64,000 nucleotides of DNA. Source: a virus (taxonomy: Duplodnaviria; Caudoviricetes). A model generated the notes under the pieces. It did no database searches and was not told the DNA's origin. It saw only the letters and a program-made list of their open reading frames with translations. Every line of letters begins with the position of its first letter. Positions within the stretch are counted from its first letter, which is position 1. The position numbers were made by a program, and so were the translations under genes. Location of the stretch: IMG/VR virus record IMGVR_UViG_3300042465_005116, positions 64,001 through 128,000 of that record. The stretch is one strand, 5' to 3'. Positions 9,558-21,000 of this stretch are shown here, in pieces.

Positions 9558-12500
9558 ATCCATTTGTTTTTTTAATTTCTATTAAACCATCCACCACATC
9601 TCTCATTGAGTCGATATGGGATATAATCATTACAAAATCAAATTGTGTCTTCAAATAAGTGAATAACATGAATAGGGATTGTAGGTTCTCACTATCTAAT
9701 GTTCCGAACCCTTCATCTATAACTAGGAAGTTAGGACGAGGAAGGTTACATACGTTGATTAAAGCCACCCTAATTGCAAGTCCAGAGATAAACCTCTCCA
9801 TACCACTACACATCTCCAAAGACCACTTATTATCCCCGTATACGAGGTAAGCGTTGATGTTTTTACCATCCATCTCTAATTGCATTCCAAACTCAACAAT
9901 TTGTGCCAAAATGTTATTAACCTCACCCTCAATCATTGGTAAAGATTTTTCAATCAATTCATATGATACCCCATCTTTATTTAGGGCGTTAAGATAATAT
10001 TCGTATAATTTCGATTGTTCCTCTAAATCCTTAACCTCTTTGATTTTATCCTCTAAGGTATCTCTTTGCGATTGTAGGGATGAAACTCTACCATTTAATT
10101 CTAATAACTTTTTATTTGTTTTTGTAAATAAAATTTTATTAGCATCTAAGGTTTCTCTTACAATTTTGATTTCTTCTCTGATTTCACCATTCTTTTTGAT
10201 TTGTTCTTCGTTCTTGTAATACTCATCAATTAGTTTAATTTGTTCGGCAATTTGTGTTTGAACTCTAATTTCTTCAGTTTCGGATGTTGATAACTTGTTA
10301 ATAAGTGAAGAAATTTCTCTATCAATTTTAACTTCTTTCTCCTTTGTATCGGTTAAATTAGTCCAATCCGTCTCATATTGGGTCAATGATGTAATCTTCA
10401 ACTCTAACGCCTCCTTTGTATTATTTGCAGTAACAATGAATCCATTTACTTCAATTAATGTTTTTTCTACATCATCTTTACTTTGTAGGATTGTTTCCGA
10501 ATTTTCCATACAAATATTACAATCTGGGTTATATTTGTGTAAATCCAAATGTTCTTTTTTATCAACTAACGATGTATGCCAAATCCCTAATTTATCTAAT
10601 TCGTGTTTAGTATTACCTAAATCCGTTTTAGCAACTCCTAGTTCCTTTATCTTTGTTTCTAACTCATCTTCATTAAAACCATCAATTATTTCTTCTAATT
10701 GTAATTGTAAAGCCTCTAACTTACCAATACGGTCTTGCGTAGCATTTTTAGTATCTAATACCTCAGTCTCCTTATCAGTAAGAATTTTCTTTCTTTTTTC
10801 TAATTCCTCTATTCCAATATTATCTGAGTTTAATTTTACAATTTTACCATTCAAACGAATTAAATCTTTATTTAAGGATTCCTCTTCAGTTTTAATTCCA
10901 CCCAATTCAATATCAACTAATTTGTATTCATTTGTTGATTCGGTCAATTGAGTTTTGATATCGGCTAACTTAGAAGTAAAATCATCAGATTTGAATTTTT
11001 TGATTAAAGTAGCATTATCTCTATTCTCATCTGCGGCAACTGTATATAATTTATCAAAAATATCTACGCCAATAAATTGAGAAAGTATCTCTTTTCTTTC
11101 TGATTGTGATTTATCGATGAATAGTGCGTTATTACCTTGTAGGGAAAGGGATGTTAGAACAAAATCCTCAAATTTACCTAAATATCTTTCAATATTTTTA
11201 TTAGTATCCCTTCGTTGTTCACCATTTAATGATGTAGTAACTCCGGCATCTTCTTTCCAAAAGTTTACGTTTACTGAAAGGTTTGTTCCCTTACGAGTCC
11301 ACCTTGCACTACGTTCAATGAAGTAATCCACTCCATCAATTTCAAAATTAAATTTACAATAGAAATTATCTTTTTGATTATTTAGGATATTTTTTGATGA
11401 TGAACTTCTTGATGTTTTATCAAAGATACAAAATGAAAGGGCATCAAAAAGAGATGATTTACCACTTGCATTCGGTGCAAATATACCTATCACTCCCTGT
11501 GCGTTTTCAAATCTAACTTTGTTACCTTCACCATATGAGAACATATTTGAGAACTCTAAAGTCTTAGGCACCCAAAGAATATTTTCAGCCAATTCTGAAT
11601 CATCAATTCGGTGATTAATCTCCTTATTGATTTCAGAAATTTTATCTAAATCAGAATCCTCTAATAGAAATTGTCTTTCTAAATAATCTCTAATCAATTG
11701 ATTTTGAAAAGTTTCATCTTTTACATTACCAACAATATTTTTGTTTAATTTTGAATTTGTTTTTAATTGACCAATAGTATCCGTTCTTGTGACTGTTACC
11801 TCTGCTACATTAAATAATTCTTTAAGTTCGGTAATACGCAACTTCATTTCTGATGCTTCGGTATTAGTGAATCTTAATCTTAAACGTGGGTTCTTAGGTA
11901 ATTTTGTATCAATCTCATCATATACCCATTGTGGTATCTGTCCGTTGACTACATCAATTGTAAGGAATCCATAATCATTATGAAGATGGTGTTCGGTAAA
12001 TGTACGAGTTGGAACATCCCATAATAAATACCCGTGATTCTCCAACATCTCTCCGTGATTTTGTTGAACCATTGAACCTGCATATGCTACGTGTTCCCAT
12101 CCTTCACCAAATGTTTGACGTTTGTGGATATCACCTAACATTGCCATATCAAATCCTTCAAACATATCGACGGTGAAAGAATTTGATGATACTACATACC
12201 CAATATCAGTTTGTGCTTTATTTACCGGCCCGTGGAAAAGACAGATTTTGTTTTCCCCTTCAATATCTTTCGCCAACGGCCAATTTTCCTTCTTATCCAA
12301 TATGGAATAAACAACAAAAGTAATATTATTGTAATTGTAGACACCAGTATCGCGGAGATAATGGATGTGAGGATTATTAAGATTATCGATAATAGGCGTA
12401 AGAACATCTAATCTATGGTTATTGTTTAAGTTACAATCATGGTTACCTGTTATTAAGAAAGTTTCCCTTAGTTTTGAACATTCTGTTAAGAACCAACTAA

Positions 12501-12693
12501 TCTCCCTAATAAGTTCAGGAGACATTTCAGTTTTAGCATGTGCAATATCCCCTGCTAAATAAATAATAGAATCTTGAATTTTATCGTCTTCTACTTGTTT
12601 TAAAAACTTTTTGAATACCTCTTTGTATTCTTTGTGTCTTTGCAAATTTCTAATGTGTAAATCTGCTAAGTGATATATTTTGTTAATAATCAT
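9538..12693 (-). CDS. sbcCD: Fused SbcD/Mre11 nuclease - SbcC/Rad50 ATPase (T4 gp47-gp46-like)
   Basis: Metallophosphoesterase motifs DLH, GD, GNHD, HG, GDIH; Walker A APNASGKSS; long coiled coil with central CNIC hook; signature CSGMERF; Walker B IDEGFG; H-loop ISH. Confidence 0.92.
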   Translation of the reverse strand: MIINKIYHLADLHIRNLQRHKEYKEVFKKFLKQVEDDKIQDSIIYLAGDIAHAKTEMSPELIREISWFLTECSKLRETFLITGNHDCNLNNNHRLDVLTPIIDNLNNPHIHYLRDTGVYNYNNITFVVYSILDKKENWPLAKDIEGENKICLFHGPVNKAQTDIGYVVSSNSFTVDMFEGFDMAMLGDIHKRQTFGEGWEHVAYAGSMVQQNHGEMLENHGYLLWDVPTRTFTEHHLHNDYGFLTIDVVNGQIPQWVYDEIDTKLPKNPRLRLRFTNTEASEMKLRITELKELFNVAEVTVTRTDTIGQLKTNSKLNKNIVGNVKDETFQNQLIRDYLERQFLLEDSDLDKISEINKEINHRIDDSELAENILWVPKTLEFSNMFSYGEGNKVRFENAQGVIGIFAPNASGKSSLFDALSFCIFDKTSRSSSSKNILNNQKDNFYCKFNFEIDGVDYFIERSARWTRKGTNLSVNVNFWKEDAGVTTSLNGEQRRDTNKNIERYLGKFEDFVLTSLSLQGNNALFIDKSQSERKEILSQFIGVDIFDKLYTVAADENRDNATLIKKFKSDDFTSKLADIKTQLTESTNEYKLVDIELGGIKTEEESLNKDLIRLNGKIVKLNSDNIGIEELEKRKKILTDKETEVLDTKNATQDRIGKLEALQLQLEEIIDGFNEDELETKIKELGVAKTDLGNTKHELDKLGIWHTSLVDKKEHLDLHKYNPDCNICMENSETILQSKDDVEKTLIEVNGFIVTANNTKEALELKITSLTQYETDWTNLTDTKEKEVKIDREISSLINKLSTSETEEIRVQTQIAEQIKLIDEYYKNEEQIKKNGEIREEIKIVRETLDANKILFTKTNKKLLELNGRVSSLQSQRDTLEDKIKEVKDLEEQSKLYEYYLNALNKDGVSYELIEKSLPMIEGEVNNILAQIVEFGMQLEMDGKNINAYLVYGDNKWSLEMCSGMERFISGLAIRVALINVCNLPRPNFLVIDEGFGTLDSENLQSLFMLFTYLKTQFDFVMIISHIDSMRDVVDGLIEIKKTNGFSYVKF

Positions 12694-13628
12694 AATTGAT
12701 TTAATTTCTGAAGAATTACATCTTCATAATTTGTTTCTGTTTTGTTTTTGATAATTTTATTGATTTCACTAAACCCAATATCAGCTGCATCTTTACCAGA
12801 TGGAATAATATTTTTTATTTGGAATCCTTGCTTTTGAAAATACATTGTATAGTATAGTGCTTGGTCTTGTGCATCGGTATCTAATAGAATGTTTAGATTA
12901 CGAACCCCTCTTTCATATATACTATCCATTAATTTTTTAGGAATAAATTTTCCTAATATTGGAATAGCGTTTCTCCTAACTGCCAATGCATCAAACGCAC
13001 CCTCACAAATAGTAATGGGTTCGTTCCAATTAATTTGGTTTTCAAACATAATTACATTCTTTGAAACAGGTGGGTTTTTATATTTGTATGGTTCATCATC
13101 AAATACGGAACGGGCGATAAAGTAATTTAATTTATTGTTTATATCATATGATGGTATAATAATTCTACCTGAATATAACCCACCATCACAATATCCAATA
13201 TTATATTTAATAATATCTGAATTTCGTATTCCTCTTAATGTTGCATAGTGTTTTACCTTTTTATATATGGGTTTAAAACCAGTTGGTATTTCTGCTAACG
13301 ATTTAAATTCTTTCGGTAATCGTAATTCAATTTGGTCTTCCTCTATTTGAGATGATACAATATAATCATCACCATATATCTCATATACCTTACGAAGTTT
13401 GGAAACATCGACTTGTAACTTTTTAAGTAATCCTTGTATTCTCTTACCCTTAGAATCACACACCCAACAATGCCATTGTTGTGTATCTAAATTCACTTGG
13501 AGTTTCTTTTTATGATGATGACAAAATGGACAATAATGAGCCTGTTCATTTCCTTTCAGAGATGAACCTGGTCCTAAGACATCATCTAAAATACTAACGA
13601 TTGTTAATTTATCTGTATTTGATACCAT
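12690..13628 (-). CDS. dnaG: DNA primase
   Basis: Zn finger CPFCHH...CWVC; TOPRIM motifs ICEGAFDA and LLDTDA. Confidence 0.88.
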   Translation of the reverse strand: MVSNTDKLTIVSILDDVLGPGSSLKGNEQAHYCPFCHHHKKKLQVNLDTQQWHCWVCDSKGKRIQGLLKKLQVDVSKLRKVYEIYGDDYIVSSQIEEDQIELRLPKEFKSLAEIPTGFKPIYKKVKHYATLRGIRNSDIIKYNIGYCDGGLYSGRIIIPSYDINNKLNYFIARSVFDDEPYKYKNPPVSKNVIMFENQINWNEPITICEGAFDALAVRRNAIPILGKFIPKKLMDSIYERGVRNLNILLDTDAQDQALYYTMYFQKQGFQIKNIIPSGKDAADIGFSEINKIIKNKTETNYEDVILQKLNQL

Positions 13629-13651
13629 ATATTATAACGCTACTAATATAG

Positions 13652-13750
13652 TAAAGATACGAAATAAATCTGATATTTCCAAATTTATGTACGTTTATTA
13701 TATTTGCATTAAGTCTAACAAAGATACAACAAATTTATGAGATTTCCAAA
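13652..13750 (-). promoter_or_regulatory. Two tandem Bacteroidota-type promoters upstream of primase
   Basis: Minus strand TTTG-N20-TATCTTTG (13750-13719) and TTTG-N20-TATCTTTA (13683-13652), matching -33 TTTG / -7 TAnnTTTG. Confidence 0.8.
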
Positions 13751-14139
13751 TCTCTTTTGAAGAATTTTCCCATTAAGTTCTCATTTAGGGATTTTTCATC
13801 TGCCAATACGTTGTTCGCAAATTGTTCTTGTAATTCGTAATATGTGAGGGCTTTCTTTGATTGACAAAATCGTAAGATTTCTTTGGTAATGGGTTCATTT
13901 GTCCATGTTTTAACAACATCATTTGATGAACAATAATCTTGCCATTTCATTTCTTTGACAACTTTACGATTTCGTTTATACCCCTTTAATGGGGCTAGAG
14001 TTCTATGTGAGTATAAACTTTTTTTACCAATATAATATTGGCCGGTTATATTGTGGGTTATTTTATAAATAAAACCAATTGTACCTTCGGGCATTTCAGA
14101 TATTTCTGATATAACCTTTTCTTTATATATCCAATTCAT
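13735..14139 (-). CDS. GIY-YIG endonuclease
   Basis: GFIYKITHNITGQYYIGKK motif; conserved downstream Glu and Asn (YYELQEQF, NENLMG). Confidence 0.75.
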   Translation of the reverse strand: MNWIYKEKVISEISEMPEGTIGFIYKITHNITGQYYIGKKSLYSHRTLAPLKGYKRNRKVVKEMKWQDYCSSNDVVKTWTNEPITKEILRFCQSKKALTYYELQEQFANNVLADEKSLNENLMGKFFKRDLEIS

Positions 14140-14695
14140 AATTAAAATTTTGAAAATCGTCTTTGTATTTAGTTCTAACCCAATCTTTTACCCAATCTTC
14201 CCTATACAAAGATTTATAATATTTGTGTTGATTTAAAGTTGGGTGTCTTTCGTATATAGTGTTTTTATTAAGATGTGGTATTCTAGGAATAGGGTGACCC
14301 AATTTTTTAAATAGAAAATTTATATCGTTTGTGTAATTTTCATACCTGCCTATAAAACTAATATTTCTTTTATCAGTTCTATTATTATTTAAAAAAAATG
14401 TTTGAGGATAATATAAAAAATTATGTTCAAAAATGGTTTTAATAAAATTACCAAAGGTTTTATCACACCCCATTCGTACTTCATGATGATACCACGATGC
14501 TAATCTTGTAAATGGGTTTCTTACAAATGTAAAAATAAAATAATCTTCAATATTACCAAATGCCGATAAATCGTCATGAGTAGTTACAAATTCCGTTCCT
14601 TTAATTGTTAGTAGAATTTCACTAAGGGAATTCCCACCTGTTTTAGGTATATGAAGAAACGCCCACTTTTCGGAATGGTTTATTAATAACGCCAA
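14123..14695 (-). CDS. Sulfotransferase family 2 protein
   Basis: 5'-PSB FLHIPKTGGNS, 3'-PB FVRNPFTRLASWY, IGRYEN, PHLN. Confidence 0.85.
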   Translation of the reverse strand: MALLINHSEKWAFLHIPKTGGNSLSEILLTIKGTEFVTTHDDLSAFGNIEDYFIFTFVRNPFTRLASWYHHEVRMGCDKTFGNFIKTIFEHNFLYYPQTFFLNNNRTDKRNISFIGRYENYTNDINFLFKKLGHPIPRIPHLNKNTIYERHPTLNQHKYYKSLYREDWVKDWVRTKYKDDFQNFNYELDI

Positions 14696-14705
14696 ACGGA
14701 TTTAT

Positions 14706-14888
14706 TTAAGGTTTAACAGTTGTAGAATACTTTGTATCCTTTAATTTACCACCTCTAGATTTTGCAAGTTTTGCTTCATCTACATTTGCTTTGAAAGATT
14801 TATCTTCAGAAAGAGGTGTCTTATCTTTAGATTTATCTGCCAATTTAGCAAAATCAGAATTTTTATATAAGTCTAATATACTAGCCAT
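14706..14888 (-). CDS. Small basic hypothetical protein, late motif upstream
   Basis: 60-aa ORF fills the gap; TATTTATA at 14916-14923 upstream. Confidence 0.6.
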   Translation of the reverse strand: MASILDLYKNSDFAKLADKSKDKTPLSEDKSFKANVDEAKLAKSRGGKLKDTKYSTTVKP

Positions 14889-14926
14889 AATTATTTACCT
14901 TGTTTGTTATATGCTTATAAATATCA

Positions 14927-16042
14927 TTAAGTATCAAAACGAACTAAAAAGTTAAGATTGTAATCCGGTAAGTTTTTTATTGGTTTTGGTAATTTGGCAA
15001 CAACTAATAGATTATCATCATCATCGTACAATCCAATTGTAGTGATGTAGGTTGTTAAATAAGAACCGGTCGGGTCAGTTGATACATTTGTATAATAATC
15101 CTCCCACGAACCACTAACTGAACCAATAGACCCGCTAAAAAACTCTCTACGTGATATATCTAATACTTCTTTTATTTTTCTAGTTCCTGCTGGGAATGAA
15201 TTGTTTACTCCTGTTATTTCAAAATCATATGAACCACTAACTAACACATTAACAGCGGATGGATTTTGTGAATAGTTGAACTCTCCACTATTAGCAGAAA
15301 TTAAAACCTCAGTTTCATATATTGTTTGAGTTGAACGATAATCTAATTGGTATTCATTAATTTCAATGTCATTAGTAAGGGTAATTAACCCATCGGTATA
15401 AAATATATTACCATGCGTTTTTAATTTTATATTAGTATTTTCAAAATTTAATTCTGCTGTAAAGTTTATTTTATTATTTTGAAAATCAATTGCAATTATA
15501 AAATACTCATCCGTATCTCCATTATAAATTAGAGTAGATGAGCCATCATTTAAATCCATTGATAGGACTTCAATATTATAAGTAGCAATACCATCAGTAA
15601 TAGTTAAATACCCAACTCCGTTATTGTCTAAATCAAGACTAACTAAAGTATAGGAATTACCAACTTCTCTAATAACACCATGTCCATCATCAACTAAATC
15701 TAATCCCCCTGCCGATAATACAACACTTTGTTTTTTTATCGCCTCACCAAATTTATTTCTATCAATTGGTATTATTTGAAATAAATTCGGTATTACTCTT
15801 TCTGATGTTAGTTCTGATAAATCGTTGGTTGCCCCAAATGTTGTAAATGCATTACCTTCATTCGAATAGTATTTACTTTTCAATGAATTATATAATGCGT
15901 GAACTAAATTTGCTTCATCTACAAACAAACCAGTTTTATTTTCTACCTTTATAATAGGATATTCACTTTCGCTGGTATTCCAAAGTTTGTATACATTGAA
16001 CGACCTATTTGAAATATTTGATTTGGGTATTGATTTAAACAT
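14927..16042 (-). CDS. Virion structural (tail/baseplate) protein
   Basis: C-terminal YITTIGLYDDDDNLLVVAKLPKPIK resembles tail-collar-fibre C-terminal segments; paralogue of the next gene; late motif upstream. Confidence 0.6.
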   Translation of the reverse strand: MFKSIPKSNISNRSFNVYKLWNTSESEYPIIKVENKTGLFVDEANLVHALYNSLKSKYYSNEGNAFTTFGATNDLSELTSERVIPNLFQIIPIDRNKFGEAIKKQSVVLSAGGLDLVDDGHGVIREVGNSYTLVSLDLDNNGVGYLTITDGIATYNIEVLSMDLNDGSSTLIYNGDTDEYFIIAIDFQNNKINFTAELNFENTNIKLKTHGNIFYTDGLITLTNDIEINEYQLDYRSTQTIYETEVLISANSGEFNYSQNPSAVNVLVSGSYDFEITGVNNSFPAGTRKIKEVLDISRREFFSGSIGSVSGSWEDYYTNVSTDPTGSYLTTYITTIGLYDDDDNLLVVAKLPKPIKNLPDYNLNFLVRFDT

Positions 16043-16074
16043 AGTGAATTCCTTACCTATATAAGTATTTTAAT

Positions 16075-16105
16075 AAACAAAAACCCAACTTTTTAGGGTT
16101 GGGTT
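16075..16105 (-). terminator. Rho-independent terminator
   Basis: Minus strand AACCCAAC-loop-GTTGGGTT followed by TTTGTTT, downstream of 16160..17377. Confidence 0.75.
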
Positions 16106-16159
16106 CGTTAAATATGTTATTTGGTTTTTGTTCTACGATACTCCCAAATAATTTTTTAA

Positions 16160-17377
16160 TTAGAAATCTAATTTAACCGCTATTAAAACTTCCTTATCAA
16201 ACGATTTTGCAATCGGTTGTGAAGTTTTAGCAACTGCTAACATTTCGTTAGCATCGTTGTATAGACCAATTGTTGTAATATATGTTTTTGGGTCTCTTTC
16301 AAATGTTGATTCAACAAATGAACCATCAGATGAACCACTTGTAAATGTTGGGTTATTTGAGAAGTTAAATTCTCTATTTGTTGCTCTTACAAAGTAATGA
16401 GAGGTTGAAACGTTTTCAGTTCTTCTTGCTTCAAAATCTGCTCCACCCTTAATTGCATTGTACAATAAGAATTGATTTTTACCTTCGTATTCAACACCAC
16501 TATAAATTGATTTTCCACTAACTGAACCACTATCTATTGATGAACCTATTTTTGAATGAATTGCTGTAGGGTTTAATACAATAAGGCCTTGGTCTGGATA
16601 AAATAATCCAAATCCCCTACCATTTGTATCATATCTACCATCAATACTTGCTTCAGCATCTTGTCCTAAATTTAAAGAACCAGATACAACATAAAATAAT
16701 CTACCTGCTTTACCGACAGTATCAGAGAATTTTTTACCACTATCATCAATAAATGTAGTTATACCATTTGAACCACTTAGGGATAATTCCCAATTACCAG
16801 CATCCATTGTTTCTTTATATCTAGCTCTTGCTACGTTAATAACATAGATATCGCTAGAGTCATGTAAACCTTCACCCGATGCTGAATCAAATGTGAAAAA
16901 TTCGTCCGTTTGGTCTAATAAAATAGAACGATATTGTGCATATGTTGCTTTTGTTGCTAAGGTTGAATCATCATCATTGTTTAATGAGATTGAACCACTT
17001 GCATATTTGTGTCCATATGCTATTGCAAATTGAATATCGGATGAACCAGATTGATATACATCTAAATAATAGTTTGAACTTGCTGCTACCGCTTGAGTTG
17101 AAGATGTTGCATAATAATTTAAACTTCCTACATCACCACTCCAAAGTCCAGTCGTTACAACTTCTACTTTACCTGTAATTTGGTCGAATTCGCCAAATCT
17201 TTTGTAAATGCCAGTTGTAATTGAACCACCTTGTGCAGCTAATTTATCACCACCTGTCACATATTGGTTTATAAGATTTGATAATTGCTCGGTAGTTATA
17301 TTTCCATTACTAGCTTGTAAATACGCTGCTAATTCTGATGTTAAGTTTACTCCTGCTTGTCCTGTAATTTGTGCCAT
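16160..17377 (-). CDS. Virion structural (tail/baseplate) protein
   Basis: C-terminal YITTIGLYNDANEMLAVAKTSQPIAK, paralogous to 14927..16042. Confidence 0.6.
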   Translation of the reverse strand: MAQITGQAGVNLTSELAAYLQASNGNITTEQLSNLINQYVTGGDKLAAQGGSITTGIYKRFGEFDQITGKVEVVTTGLWSGDVGSLNYYATSSTQAVAASSNYYLDVYQSGSSDIQFAIAYGHKYASGSISLNNDDDSTLATKATYAQYRSILLDQTDEFFTFDSASGEGLHDSSDIYVINVARARYKETMDAGNWELSLSGSNGITTFIDDSGKKFSDTVGKAGRLFYVVSGSLNLGQDAEASIDGRYDTNGRGFGLFYPDQGLIVLNPTAIHSKIGSSIDSGSVSGKSIYSGVEYEGKNQFLLYNAIKGGADFEARRTENVSTSHYFVRATNREFNFSNNPTFTSGSSDGSFVESTFERDPKTYITTIGLYNDANEMLAVAKTSQPIAKSFDKEVLIAVKLDF

Positions 17378-17394
17378 ATTATTTTATTCTCCGT

Positions 17395-18018
17395 TTAAGC
17401 TATATAAGATACGGTCACAGGAATAGTTTGAGAACCACCTGTTTCGTTACCATATACTGTTATAGTTGTCTTAATAGTTTGTGTTGTATTTGGGTTAGGA
17501 ATGAATGAGAACGTTAATCCTCTTTCTACTGCTGCAGTTGTTGTGATTTCATCGCCTAAGAATACCGGTATTGTACCCGTACCTGCTGCGATACCACTAC
17601 CAACAATTGAACCTGCATTTTTATTTGCTAATACAATTGTATATCCTGACTGTCCGTTTCCACTTGGTGATGTTGTTGGAGTTAAAGATACTTGACCACT
17701 TCTTTGGTTTACTGAAATAGAAGGAACACCAAATTCCACTTTAGGAATTTTAGTTGTACCCTTTGGTAAAGTTACCAATTTGTATTTTAGAACTTGAGTT
17801 TCATCAGGAGATGCTTCAGTTACAGGAATCGCTCTGATTGCTGCATCATAATAAGCAGAACCCTTTGGGTGTGCTGGTTCATAAAGTGTGTAATCAATCT
17901 CATCATCACCTAATGCGAATTTAGTAATGTTAAGACCTTGCCCAGATGCTAATTTTTCTCTACCTTTCTTAGTAAGAATCGCATCGACTGTGATTTCGGA
18001 ATTATCTAAGTATGCCAT
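17395..18018 (-). CDS. Virion structural protein resembling a tail-collar-fibre N-terminal segment
   Basis: AILTKKGREKLASG..LNITKFALGDDEIDY; late motif at 18049-18062. Confidence 0.55.
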   Translation of the reverse strand: MAYLDNSEITVDAILTKKGREKLASGQGLNITKFALGDDEIDYTLYEPAHPKGSAYYDAAIRAIPVTEASPDETQVLKYKLVTLPKGTTKIPKVEFGVPSISVNQRSGQVSLTPTTSPSGNGQSGYTIVLANKNAGSIVGSGIAAGTGTIPVFLGDEITTTAAVERGLTFSFIPNPNTTQTIKTTITVYGNETGGSQTIPVTVSYIA

Positions 18019-18076
18019 AATTTTTGTATTTTCTTTTTTACTTTCGTATATAAATATAAGTATTTAATAATTTTCA

Positions 18077-21000
18077 TTAATCAACTACTAAAATTGGTTC
18101 TCCACTTCCTCTTCCTGTATCTGAAACTTTTAGTATATTCGGGTTAGTTGTGAATGTTTGAACCGGTGAACCACCTAAAATATTAGTTGTAGAGGTTTGT
18201 TTAGACCCATTAAAATAACTATTTTGTAATCCGGTTGATAAATCACCAGTATTTCTATAATGGGTTGAGAAATAACCATTTAACGGAGTTACCTCTACAA
18301 TATTACCACCAACTGTTGGAGTTGCACCATCCCAATCTAATATAGTAACTTTTGTTCTATAAAAAGTAGTCGAAACTAATTGTGTTCCCATACTTTTATC
18401 TAACGCGTTTATGTTTTCAGGTATATTTTTTGAATAACTTTCTTTTATTAAAAATACTTTATTTCTTTCTTTTATAAAATTACCCCAAACATCTCTATAT
18501 GTTCTAATTACATTTCCATTAGAACCAAACAATCCAAATCCGGCAACAGATAAAGAATTTTTATCTAATCCAACTTGAGTAAACTCAGTTTGGTCGTATT
18601 CACCTCGTATTGAACCTGTTATTTTAGCATCGATTGGTGCAAATATACCACCCATTGTTTTGGTTGAATCAGTTGTAATTGTTCCAAATACATTTGTAGT
18701 ACTAAATGTATCTACTTCTCCATTATAAGAATTATTTGTTGCAACTAAATTTAAATCCCCTTGTGTTTGAATTTTAACGGAATATTGTGGGTTTGTTACA
18801 TTTAAATCAATTGCATTAGATGTAGAAATAAACGCATTTATATTTTGGTATGATGCAAATTGATTTGTAGTTTCATTTGTATCAATAGTAACTTGATGTT
18901 GAATATTTACAGCACTTGGTCTATTCCATTTAACTTTACTTCTTTCTAAAATATGTGGCTCTATTAATAAACCAGATGAAACCTTTGCCCTTGCAGGAAC
19001 TAATGATTCTAATGTTTCAAAAAGTGATTTATCAATATATCTTACTAATTGAATATATTCGTGTGTATTTAAATCATATCTTTGGAAATAATAATTTCTT
19101 AAAGTAGTTAAATCTGAATATGAATCGTTATATTCATCTGCAGGATTACCAATATAATCATCTATATTAAATTCACCCAAAGAACGTAGAATATCCATAT
19201 TCACTTCTTTCATAGGTGAGAAAAATAATCCCAATCTATCCGTATCTATTGGTGCTTGGTCAAATGATTTTTTAGTTGCTCTACTTTTATAGTTTAAATC
19301 ACCTGATAGGGTTTGTGTTTCGAATCGAAATTTATTTCCTACCGTCAATCCACTTGAAGGAACTTTTGCCGTTACTGTTCTTTCATATGGTATGTATTGA
19401 TATGGGTATGTGGTAGTTGTACTAAATCCACTTGCAACCGCAGAACCCGTATATGTTTGTAATATTGCTACATTTTTAACATTATTTATTACACCTAAAT
19501 TTTTTGGATATTCAAAATCCAAACGGAATAATAAATCAACCGATGATGCAGAAATATGTGAACCATCAATTGCATCAGGTAATAAAGTATGGTTATCGAT
19601 ACGAGATTCTGATAATGGAGTTCTCCATAAACGGAATTCATCTAATGAACCAGTTAAACCCTCACCAACATATAATATAGAACCCGATTTCCAAGTAGTT
19701 GAACCGATTGGTAATGATAAAGTAGCATTTGCTTCATTTCTAATTCTTCCTTGAAATCCTTCTTTGAAATATAATTCAAAGACTTCGGTAGTAGACCCAG
19801 TTCTTCTATTTAAAACAATATTTGTATATGCATCATTGTAGAATGGTATATAATCAGTAGATACCGATTCTGTTACATTACTACCTGTAATTTTAAATTC
19901 TAATTTAGCAAGAGAACCCGTTCCTGGTACTAAATCTAATACCCATTTATCAGTTCTTAATAGGCTTTGAGTAACACTACTTTGTAAAGTATTAATACTA
20001 AACTCAATTGCGTTAGGAAAATCAGTTCCATTAGAATCTGAGTAATCTTTAAACGGAATTTGTAAGAATGAACCGGTTTCAAAATGTAAAGAACAGGTTC
20101 TATCATCAAATGTAAACGTTGTAGTTGCAGCAGTAGATGGGTCGTTCGGTCCACCATATTCCATTATTGTTAACATGGATGATGGAACACCATAACAAGC
20201 CATTGCCGCACTTAATGCCCTTTTTGTACCCTTATGTTTCAATAGGTATGGTAGGTTATTTAGTATTCGTCTCCATACTTGATGTTGACGAGATTTCCCA
20301 CTCATTGAAGATGAAGATGAACCATCTGCATTTTTACCAAACGCATATTCCCATAGGTATTGTGATTGAACTCCCATATCGGCGTTCCAACCTAATGATT
20401 CTAACATATGATATATTAAATCATTACCAATACCATCTTCGTATTTGTGTTCTAATTTTTTAGATTGTGCAATTCCTTTTGTATATGACCATAGGGTATC
20501 AAAGTGTTGACCCATCATATTTAAAAATAAAACAAACTCAGCATTTTCAGCATCGTTTGTAATATGTGCAGGAATATTATTTACTAATATATTTTTGTTG
20601 TTGTAATCATATTGTTGTGCATCATATATAATTCCATTATACCAATCGGTAACTGAAGAATCAGTAGATTGACTTACCAAATAACCACCTGCTCCTGGAT
20701 ATGTTAATGTACCATCCGAACCAGATGTTGTATATAAATATTTTTCAAATCCATCAAATCCGGCTTTAACTTTATTTTTACTTTGAACGTGTTTTTGTAA
20801 TTCTAATGATGATGTTACTGAACCCGATGTATACGATAAACTACTTGATACAAAATTTATTTTAGTATCATAAAATTCAATTAATTCTACTTTATATAAA
20901 AAGTTTTTAACTCTTTCTTCTGCTGATGAGTATTTTACAAAGTTAGACCACGCATAAGTTGAACCACTTTCATATTGAATATTTAAATTCTCCAATGAAA

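Noticed and set aside
13735-14139. GIY-YIG gene as an intron-borne mobile element
   Set aside because: It is free-standing and short, with no interrupted host gene or intron structure; its end overlaps a normal promoter
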